Below the pieces are notes generated by a model. That model was not told where the DNA came from. It did not search any database and saw only the letters and a list, made by a program, of their open reading frames with translations. A program made the position numbers and the translations under genes. A stretch of DNA of 64,000 nucleotides from a virus (Duplodnaviria > Caudoviricetes), in the IMG/VR virus record IMGVR_UViG_2700988923_000001, positions 5,865-69,864 of that record; one strand, written 5' to 3'. Positions 57,666 to 64,000 of the stretch are shown here, piece by piece (position 1 is the first letter of the stretch; each line of letters opens with the position of its first letter).

Positions 57666-57934
57666 GTGATCGGTGCTCCCTTCGAGGTGATCTGCAGCCC
57701 GTTCCGGCGCAGGTTGGCGATGTCGTTCTTGCGGCTCCGGTACTCGCTCGGCGTCCCGGCGATCGTGCCGATGAGCCGCCCGTCGAGGTACACCTTGTAG
57801 TGGCCGGTGCGGCTGCGGCATGGCTTGAGTTCACCACCTGCGGCCTCGATCGAGGCCAGCAGCGCGCGGGTGTCGCGATCGGAGGTTCGGTTGCTGGCTC
57901 GCTTGGAGCCGGGCTGAGGACTGGATTGCGTCAT
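57662..57934 (-). CDS. HicA-like toxin-fold protein
   Basis: GHYKVY..TIAGTPSEYRSRKNDIANLRRNG. Confidence 0.6.
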   Translation of the reverse strand: MTQSSPQPGSKRASNRTSDRDTRALLASIEAAGGELKPCRSRTGHYKVYLDGRLIGTIAGTPSEYRSRKNDIANLRRNGLQITSKGAPIT

Positions 57935-57935
57935 C

Positions 57936-58247
57936 TCACCACCACATCTCGCCGTCGTGCAGAACCACAGTGAACTGGTCACCGTCGTTCGCGGAGTCGA
58001 TTGCCGCACAGACGTCGCGCCGGTCGACCGGGGCCAGCCGGGCGACCAGCGTCGTGCTGGACAGGTTGATGGAGGCGTGGTTGCCGGTCGAGACGTTCAC
58101 CGCCTCGATCACGCGGTACGTCTTCGCGGCGACGTAGGTGCGGGCGGTGATGACCCGATAGGCCTGGCCGCGCTCGACCGCGCCGAGCATCACCCCTCGG
58201 TACACGTCGCCCGGCTGCAGCTCGCTCGCCTCGATCACCGTGCTCAT
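57936..58247 (-). CDS. Hypothetical protein
   Basis: ASELQPGD motif; coupled. Confidence 0.6.
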   Translation of the reverse strand: MSTVIEASELQPGDVYRGVMLGAVERGQAYRVITARTYVAAKTYRVIEAVNVSTGNHASINLSSTTLVARLAPVDRRDVCAAIDSANDGDQFTVVLHDGEMWW

Positions 58248-58504
58248 GCGACGGCCCGCTTGAGGATCGCATCGGCCTCGGCGTACGCGGCGGCGAGCGC
58301 GTAGGCCTCGCGCCGGGTCTGGGCGAAGGTGTGGTAGATGCCGACGTCGCGGCTGCCCTCGGGCGTGCCGTCGAGCATCCGGCTGATGAACACCTGCCAG
58401 CCGAGGTAGTCGGTCGCCACCTTGTCCACCTCGATGTACAGGTCATCGGCGATCGCGACGTACTCGGAGACTCGCTTGCGGGGCTGGGTGTAGGTGAGGT
58501 TCAT
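58244..58504 (-). CDS. Hypothetical protein
   Basis: First gene after promoter cassette; GAAGGGA RBS. Confidence 0.7.
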   Translation of the reverse strand: MNLTYTQPRKRVSEYVAIADDLYIEVDKVATDYLGWQVFISRMLDGTPEGSRDVGIYHTFAQTRREAYALAAAYAEADAILKRAVA

Positions 58505-58517
58505 CTCGGTCCCTTCC

Positions 58518-58575
58518 GGCGGGTCGGTCCCGCCTCAACGAGATTGATATTACCCGACTAAGGCGGGTAAGTCTA
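58518..58575 (-). promoter_or_regulatory. Repeated promoter/stem-loop cassette, copy 5
   Basis: TAGACT-N17-TAATAT; perfect TTACCCG-N7-CGGGTAA dyad; hairpin. Confidence 0.8.
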
Positions 58576-58589
58576 TAGGCTCCGACCAG

Positions 58590-58832
58590 TCACTTTTGCG
58601 TGACGATACGTCGGGACGGGCGCGGCTCGCGCTGCAGATGCTCATCGAGCTGCCCGACGATGGACGGGCGCGGCGGTCGGGCCGGAGCCGCGTGGACGCG
58701 CACCCGCCCATCCTTGCGGACCGAGCGCGGCGTCAAGCAGATCGGGCACAACGTCTCGGTCACGTACCGCTCGCGGTCGGCCCACCTCCGCCGGGAGAGC
58801 AGCGGAGGTGAGCCGGACCCGAGGCACTGCAT
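58590..58832 (-). CDS. Hypothetical protein
   Basis: CLGSG..CPIC..H Zn-ribbon-like. Confidence 0.55.
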   Translation of the reverse strand: MQCLGSGSPPLLSRRRWADRERYVTETLCPICLTPRSVRKDGRVRVHAAPARPPRPSIVGQLDEHLQREPRPSRRIVTQK

Positions 58833-59152
58833 CAGTGCTCGTCCTCGAACTTCATGCAGCGGGTGTACTTGTCGTCGGAGTTGACGGCCATGCACACGTC
58901 GTCGCCGGGCATCGGCTCGAACTCGTGCCCGAGCTTGAGCGTCGGCTCGCCGTTCGCGTCGCATCCGGCGATCGGCCCGGCTCCGGCGGTCGCCTGCCAC
59001 GCCGCCGGGAGGAACCCGCCCTGGTCGATCCATTCGTGCAGCGACACGACCAGCTCGGCGAGTCGGACGGCTTGCGGGTCGTGATCCTCGGCGAACTGGA
59101 CGATGCCGCGTGCGAGGCCCAGCTGCTCGGCCAGGTTGGCGTCGGGGTCCAT
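58832..59152 (-). CDS. Hypothetical protein
   Basis: MDPDANL..W..GGFLP..W motif. Confidence 0.7.
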   Translation of the reverse strand: MDPDANLAEQLGLARGIVQFAEDHDPQAVRLAELVVSLHEWIDQGGFLPAAWQATAGAGPIAGCDANGEPTLKLGHEFEPMPGDDVCMAVNSDDKYTRCMKFEDEH

Positions 59153-59379
59153 CAGGACACCTCCACCCAGCGCATCACGACGGCCAGCGCGGCGTCATAG
59201 CTGTCGGCGTCGGTGACCTCGTTGACGAACTCGGTCGCCTGCTCGCGGGTCGCTCCGCCGGAGAGCAGCGCCCGCTGGACCCGACCGATGATCAGGAACA
59301 CGTTGCCGTCGTTGCCGGTGAGCTGGACCGTGACATTCGGAAAGCGCGGCTCGGTGGCCGGAGCGGTGTCGTTTGCCAT
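59152..59379 (-). CDS. Hypothetical protein
   Basis: LTGNDGNVFLIIGRV..SYD conserved-looking motif; GGAGGAGG RBS. Confidence 0.7.
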   Translation of the reverse strand: MANDTAPATEPRFPNVTVQLTGNDGNVFLIIGRVQRALLSGGATREQATEFVNEVTDADSYDAALAVVMRWVEVS

Positions 59380-59429
59380 GCTGTAGTGCCTCCTCCCGCC
59401 CGATCGGCGGAGTTGTAGGGGGTTTGTGT

Positions 59430-59457
59430 GCGCGTTGGCCGGACGCGCCCCCGGTCG
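59430..59457 (-). repeat. 28-nt intergenic structured element, copy A
   Basis: 26/28 identical to 61577-61604 with a compensatory pair. Confidence 0.7.
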
Positions 59458-59461
59458 TGCT

Positions 59462-60079
59462 CTAGTGCCGCTCGAACGGGCTGCCGTAGCGCCTGCCGGA
59501 GCCGCCCCGGCCCATGACGCGGGTCTCGACCGCCTCGCCCTGACGCGGGGTGACGTACCCGCCGGGCGCGAAACGCGAGCCGGTCAGGACCGCCACGATG
59601 CTCGGCTCCGCCGGGTCGGACGTGCCCAGCACCCGGCCAAAGTCGCCCATCTCCTCGGCGACCGGCGGCTCCACGCCCTCGGGCAGCAGCGACTCGCCAT
59701 CGACCAGCGACCGGAGCGTTGCCCAGTTGGCCTCGCCGACGAACTGCAGCAGGCCGGGCCAGTTGAAGCGGCGACCCTCCTGCCCCGTCACGGCCCAGCG
59801 GACGCTCCGCCCGTCGCGCCACCCGACGGCGGCGTAGGCGTACTCGCGACCGCTGTAGTACCGGGAGAACGCGACGACCGGGTTCTCACCCTGCGCCACG
59901 CGCGGCATCTTGGGCTTGCGCGCCTCCTCCTCGGCGACCGCCTGCTCAGCGGCCTGCCTCGTCAGCTCATCGGCGACGGCGCGAGCGCGTGCCGCTTCGG
60001 CGCGGAGCTGTGCGGCGGAGACGGGCGCGACGCTCTTGACGTCGGTCGCCTTCTCGCCGGTCTCGTCGGTGTCACTCAT
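59462..60079 (-). CDS. Hypothetical protein
   Basis: CAACCACTGGAAGGA RBS; 205 aa. Confidence 0.7.
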   Translation of the reverse strand: MSDTDETGEKATDVKSVAPVSAAQLRAEAARARAVADELTRQAAEQAVAEEEARKPKMPRVAQGENPVVAFSRYYSGREYAYAAVGWRDGRSVRWAVTGQEGRRFNWPGLLQFVGEANWATLRSLVDGESLLPEGVEPPVAEEMGDFGRVLGTSDPAEPSIVAVLTGSRFAPGGYVTPRQGEAVETRVMGRGGSGRRYGSPFERH

Positions 60080-60121
60080 GTTTCGATCCTTCCAGTGGTT
60101 GTGATTTGTTGGGTTGTGGGA

Positions 60122-60171
60122 GGGGTCCGGCGAGGGCGCACGGGCGGAGCACACCCACCTCGCCGGACCCC
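60122..60171 (-). other. 14-bp intergenic stem-loop
   Basis: GGGGTCCGGCGAGG / CCTCGCCGGACCCC. Confidence 0.5.
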
Positions 60172-60177
60172 GGTCTA

Positions 60178-61251
60178 TCAGGCGCTCGCCCCGACCATCG
60201 GACCCCACCGCAGCACCTGATCGGTCGTCAGCGGCAGCGCCTTCGTCAGACCCGCGTACGCATCCGACTTGATCTTGTGCACGTCGGCGGAGGTCAGCGT
60301 GCGGACGGCGCGCTTCGTTGCGGCGTTGCCGCCCTTGCCGAACACCGGCATGAAGTGGTCGGCGTACTCGGTGACCGCGTTGTAGGCGGCGTACGCCGTC
60401 CCGGCGAACGGGGTGATCGAGGGCGAGTGCCGCATAACCTCCATGACCTGGGTGACGCGCTCGACGCGAGCGTTGCGGGCCTTCTCGGAGTCGGCCTTGT
60501 TCACGCCGAACACGTCGTTGAACACCGCCCGCACCCACGCCTCCTCGCGGTCGACCTGCAGCGCCTCCATCCCTGCCGCGTACACCTCGGTGTACTTGAA
60601 CGTCAGGCCCAGCAGCCTCCGCACCTCGGCCAGCTTCGTCGCCGACGCGCCGACGTGACGCAGGGCGACCGAGCTGACGGCCTCCGCCTCGGCGATGCGC
60701 TGAGTGTTGGCGCAGACGATGCGGACCGGCGAGATGATCGCGCGGAGCGACCCCTGGCCGTCGTGATGGTTGATCACGGCCAGGTAGACCTCGGTCGTGT
60801 CGCGGAACCCGCCGGAGCCGGTGAACTCGACGTGCGTCGGCATCAGCATCGTGACAAACGTCCGTCGCCCGCCGTCGAGCGCGCCGATGGTCTGGATGTG
60901 TGCGCCGGACTGGTCCGTGATGGCGTAGAGGAGGTCGGTGGTCTCCTCGTTCTGAATCGGCTGCCAGCGGTCGCCGACGACGGCCAGCGCCTCCGGCATG
61001 AGCGTGACCGGGTTGGTCCGCAGGACCGTCCATTGGCCCGGCGCGTTGACCTCGACGGTCCCGCCGAGACCGTCGGGCACGGTCTGCGCGTGCTCGATCT
61101 TGCGGACGTTCCAGCCGTTCATGTTCGCCGCTTCCAGCGCCTCCGCCGGGGTCATCTCGTGGCCGACCTGCTGCCCGAGCTGGTGCCAGGCATCGTTGCG
61201 GCTATCGGCGAAGCTGTAGCGACCGGCGGTGTTGTCGATCTCGTGTCCCAT
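60178..61251 (-). CDS. DUF932-family protein
   Basis: AWHQLG..W.V...QN...G.L.GG...HDG..S...PVRIVCANT..H..AYNAVTEY.DH. Confidence 0.8.
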   Translation of the reverse strand: MGHEIDNTAGRYSFADSRNDAWHQLGQQVGHEMTPAEALEAANMNGWNVRKIEHAQTVPDGLGGTVEVNAPGQWTVLRTNPVTLMPEALAVVGDRWQPIQNEETTDLLYAITDQSGAHIQTIGALDGGRRTFVTMLMPTHVEFTGSGGFRDTTEVYLAVINHHDGQGSLRAIISPVRIVCANTQRIAEAEAVSSVALRHVGASATKLAEVRRLLGLTFKYTEVYAAGMEALQVDREEAWVRAVFNDVFGVNKADSEKARNARVERVTQVMEVMRHSPSITPFAGTAYAAYNAVTEYADHFMPVFGKGGNAATKRAVRTLTSADVHKIKSDAYAGLTKALPLTTDQVLRWGPMVGASA

Positions 61252-61283
61252 GATGTTCTCCGTTTCGGGGTTGTGGGGTCGGG

Positions 61284-61544
61284 TCAGGGCAGCGACGGGT
61301 CGTGAGGGGTGTTGTCATCGCCGTTGGACACGCCGTCGCCGTCGTCGTCCTTGGCTCCCCAGCCACCGCCTCCTCCGTGGGAGTTGATGGCGATGTCCTT
61401 GCACTCGGCCTTGTGGCCGGTGCGGTAGGCCATGTTCGAGCTACACAAAACGTCGTCCTGCGGTCCGGCGACGGCGGGCGCTGCGAGGGCGAGACCTCCG
61501 GCGATGAGCGAGGCTCCGAGCGCGGCGGTGAGGATGATCTTCAT
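61284..61544 (-). CDS. Small secreted protein
   Basis: Signal peptide MKIILTAALGASLIAGG..APAVA; DDDGDG motif. Confidence 0.65.
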   Translation of the reverse strand: MKIILTAALGASLIAGGLALAAPAVAGPQDDVLCSSNMAYRTGHKAECKDIAINSHGGGGGWGAKDDDGDGVSNGDDNTPHDPSLP

Positions 61545-61576
61545 GGTCGTTCCTTCCAGTGGTTGTGAGTGGGTTT

Positions 61577-61604
61577 GTGCGTTGGCCGGACGCACCCCCG
61601 GTCG
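61577..61604 (-). repeat. 28-nt intergenic structured element, copy B
   Basis: See copy A. Confidence 0.7.
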
Positions 61605-61606
61605 GT

Positions 61607-61876
61607 CTACTCGGGCAGCTTCGTGCCCTGAGTCGGGTCGGCTGCCCAGAGGGTCAGGTTCACGATGTCGGCACCGTCGGTGCTGTCGAGGTCGATGACC
61701 GCGACGCGGCTGCCTTCGTCGCCGCCGACGGTCCCGGCTGCCCAGGTCTCGTGAATGTCGGTCCAGGTGATCTGGCCGTGCATGTGCTGAGCCGAGAGCA
61801 TCGAGTCGAGGATGGAGTAGCCATCCTCCTCGTTCGAGGTGGTCCAGCTGGTGACGATTGCGGTGCGAACGGTCAT
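61607..61876 (-). CDS. Hypothetical acidic protein
   Basis: First gene after promoter cassette; GAGAGG RBS. Confidence 0.7.
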   Translation of the reverse strand: MTVRTAIVTSWTTSNEEDGYSILDSMLSAQHMHGQITWTDIHETWAAGTVGGDEGSRVAVIDLDSTDGADIVNLTLWAADPTQGTKLPE

Positions 61877-61889
61877 TTTTGCCTCTCTC

Positions 61890-61948
61890 GGCGGGTCGGT
61901 CCCGCCTCCAACAAGACTGATATTACCCGACGTCGGCGGGAAAGTCTA
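61890..61948 (-). promoter_or_regulatory. Repeated promoter/stem-loop cassette, copy 6
   Basis: TAGACT-N17-TAATAT plus hairpin. Confidence 0.8.
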
Positions 61949-61979
61949 TAGGTTTCTAGCTGGGATTATGTCGATATTC

Positions 61980-62150
61980 CTAGCCCGGAAGCGCCCATAT
62001 CGCGGCTCCGACCGGGATGATCAGCACCGACGCGAGCATCGTCACCGCCCCGGCCCACTCGCGGGCAGAGCCGGGACGGCTGTTGGCGATGATCGACATG
62101 CCCAAAAGCACCCCGGTAATGCCCACGAGGGCAATCAAAAGCGGTTTCAT
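61980..62150 (-). CDS. Small 2-TM membrane protein (56 aa)
   Basis: Not in track; MKPLLIALVGITGVLLGMSII...; AAGGAG RBS, TGATG-coupled. Confidence 0.55.
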   Translation of the reverse strand: MKPLLIALVGITGVLLGMSIIANSRPGSAREWAGAVTMLASVLIIPVGAAIWALPG

Positions 62151-62584
62151 CACTCGGTCTCCTTGCGGATCACGTCGGCGATCGGGTCGCCGAACATCTC
62201 GGATTGTTCTTCGTAGCTGAGCGGGCCGACCACCTCGGCGATCTCGTCGGCGCGAGCCTCGGCCAGCGCGTCGCGGAGGTCAGACCGGAACAGCCGGTCC
62301 CAGTGCTCGTACGTCTCCCGCGTCGGAGTCGGGAACGTGGTGATGATCGAGTCCTCCGCCGGGAACGTCCGGCAACCGGAGGCCTCGCCCCGGCACTCGA
62401 CGGTCTCAGGGTCGTGCGTGTGCAGGGTCAGGCTCACGCCCGGTACCCGAATCGTCGTCGGGCGCGGAGCGAGCAGCGAGGCTGCCCAGGCGATGTGCGA
62501 AGCGGCCTCGGCATCCTCAGCGCGGCGGCGAGCCTTGCGCCCGAACCACCCGCACGCGGGGCAGCGGAATCGACGGCACTTCAC
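62150..62584 (-). CDS. Hypothetical protein
   Basis: CPACGW motif; GTGA-coupled. Confidence 0.55.
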   Translation of the reverse strand: MKCRRFRCPACGWFGRKARRRAEDAEAASHIAWAASLLAPRPTTIRVPGVSLTLHTHDPETVECRGEASGCRTFPAEDSIITTFPTPTRETYEHWDRLFRSDLRDALAEARADEIAEVVGPLSYEEQSEMFGDPIADVIRKETE

Positions 62585-62931
62585 GGCACAATCACCTCGA
62601 TCTCTCGGCGGAACAGGCACAGTCGTCGCCCTCGGGCGAACGTGATGCAGTACAGCGGCTCGCGCTCACCGTTCATGATCGAGGAGACGTGGCCGCGACG
62701 GGTACCGCTCACGATCACCGCATCGCCGACGACCGGCGTCACCTCGGGGTCCGCAGCGCGGGCACTCGCCGCGTCGCCGCAGACGGTCTGGGCCTGCCTC
62801 TTGGTCGGATAGTGGGCGGGGGTGACCCCCGGCCCGTCGGCGAACCATCCGTGCCGGTGTCCGTGGTGCTCGACCACGAACGGGCCGGACTCATACCGCG
62901 CCGGGTCGGCGGTCTCGCGGTGCCACTTCAT
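62581..62931 (-). CDS. Hypothetical protein
   Basis: AGGAG RBS, ATGA-coupled. Confidence 0.6.
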   Translation of the reverse strand: MKWHRETADPARYESGPFVVEHHGHRHGWFADGPGVTPAHYPTKRQAQTVCGDAASARAADPEVTPVVGDAVIVSGTRRGHVSSIMNGEREPLYCITFARGRRLCLFRREIEVIVP

Positions 62932-63134
62932 GCGGGTTCTCCTGTCAGCAGGCGCGAGGCCTCGGGAAAGTAGAACGCGGCGGAGCCGCCGCATCCACAC
63001 AGCCGTCGGGCTGCGGTGTGCTTATCTGGGCAGCAGGCGTTGGCGTCGAACTCGGCCCACCACTCCGCCCACGTCAGCGCATTCTCGAATACCTCGGCGA
63101 GGTTGGGCTGGTCCAGATCGGTATCGGTGATCAT
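62928..63134 (-). CDS. Hypothetical protein
   Basis: AGGAG RBS; CCP..LCGCGG. Confidence 0.65.
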   Translation of the reverse strand: MITDTDLDQPNLAEVFENALTWAEWWAEFDANACCPDKHTAARRLCGCGGSAAFYFPEASRLLTGEPA

Positions 63135-63167
63135 CTCGGTCTCCTGGTCAGTTGTCGGGACGGGCGA

Positions 63168-63195
63168 GCGGGGCGGAGTCGAAACCCCGCCCCGC
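63168..63195 (-). other. Intergenic stem-loop
   Basis: GCGGGGCGG / CCGCCCCGC. Confidence 0.45.
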
Positions 63196-63201
63196 CTCGG
63201 A

Positions 63202-63891
63202 TCACCGGGTGTGCGAGATGTAGCTCAGCCAACGCTCGATGTCGGCCATTGCCGCGTCCTGCGTCATGCCCTCGGGCACGACCAGCTCGCCGTCGGAGAT
63301 CATCTTGCGGACGACGTAGTGAATCTGGTCGCCGAGCTGCTGCTTGAGCTTGAGCGGCGACGGGGCGGAGGCCTTCTTCACGACCGGCTCAGCGGCCTCG
63401 ATCTCCTCGGCAGCCTCCGCCCGGCGGGCGATCTCCGCGTCCACGGCGGCGTCGACCGTCATCAGTTCCTCGACCGGGGCGGGTGCCTGGGCCTCGGTCT
63501 CGACCGGATCGACGCCGGGTGCCTCCGCCTCGATCTCGATCGGCAGCTCATCGGCCTTCGGAGCGTTCTTGGCCTCGATCAGCGCGTTGATCGCATCCTC
63601 GGCCCACCCGTTCTCGGCGGTGAACTCGCCGACGACGGCCTTGCCGCGAACGGCGGTCGGCACCGCCTCCACGATCTCGCTGCGGTATCCCTTGGTCGCG
63701 AAGTATGCGCCGGTCTTGCCGCTGCGCGCCTTCTCGGCGGCTGCGTACGACTTGTGCCAGCTGTACGGTCCCCAGCCGTCGCCCTCGGACCCGCCGGTCA
63801 TCAGCACGTGGGTGTAGGGCATCGTGCCCGAGGTACGGGTGAAGGTCTCGCCATTCGGGGCGGTTGCGGTGAACTCGATCTTTGCGGCCAT
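63202..63891 (-). CDS. Hypothetical protein
   Basis: 229 aa; first gene after promoter cassette. Confidence 0.75.
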   Translation of the reverse strand: MAAKIEFTATAPNGETFTRTSGTMPYTHVLMTGGSEGDGWGPYSWHKSYAAAEKARSGKTGAYFATKGYRSEIVEAVPTAVRGKAVVGEFTAENGWAEDAINALIEAKNAPKADELPIEIEAEAPGVDPVETEAQAPAPVEELMTVDAAVDAEIARRAEAAEEIEAAEPVVKKASAPSPLKLKQQLGDQIHYVVRKMISDGELVVPEGMTQDAAMADIERWLSYISHTR

Positions 63892-63904
63892 TTTTGCCTC
63901 TCTC

Positions 63905-63963
63905 GGCGGGACGGTCCCGCCTCCAACAAAGATGATATTACCCGACTTAGGCGTGAAAGTCTA
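63905..63963 (-). promoter_or_regulatory. Repeated promoter/stem-loop cassette, copy 7
   Basis: TAGACT-N17-TAATAT; hairpin GGCGGGACCGTCCCGCC. Confidence 0.8.
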
Positions 63964-64000
63964 TAGCCCCAGAGCTGGGCGTATGGGTTATCCTGCGGCT

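Noticed and set aside
11833-63963. Dispersed repeats as a CRISPR array, IS ends or att sites
   Set aside because: Copies are kilobases apart, all upstream of genes with promoter spacing; no transposase or integrase is seen.
1-64000. tRNA/tmRNA genes, integrase, DNA-modification (queuosine-type) genes, large terminase
   Set aside because: None recognised in this window; the terminase probably lies in the part of the genome outside it.

Overview
The whole window is a contiguous 64 kb piece of a high-GC actinobacteriophage (siphovirus) genome. Its gene order matches mycobacteriophage cluster B-type phages. The left arm (mostly + strand) runs: RuvC-like resolvase (cut by the window edge), portal, MuF/protease fusion, two capsid proteins, a membrane-gene block, major tail, head-tail genes, chaperone, a 1997-aa tape measure and many minor tail genes. 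The middle holds HTH regulators and lysin A/lysin B. The right arm (mostly - strand) has an exonuclease, SF2 helicase, primase-helicase, DNA polymerase A and about 35 small genes. I see no integrase, tRNA or CRISPR, and no large terminase inside the window. The most notable unexplained structure: (1) 7-8 copies of a promoter + dyad + stem-loop cassette heading leftward gene blocks; (2) a second, displaced tail-chaperone paralog with an apparent -1 frameshift at CGC-CCT-ACC-TAG; (3) a duplicated 28-nt RNA element with compensatory changes and pseudoknot potential; (4) systematic TANNNT-N6/7-start leaderless architecture; (5) a 39-aa membrane peptide between lysA and lysB. All functional calls come from visual motif recognition and synteny; no database searches were run.
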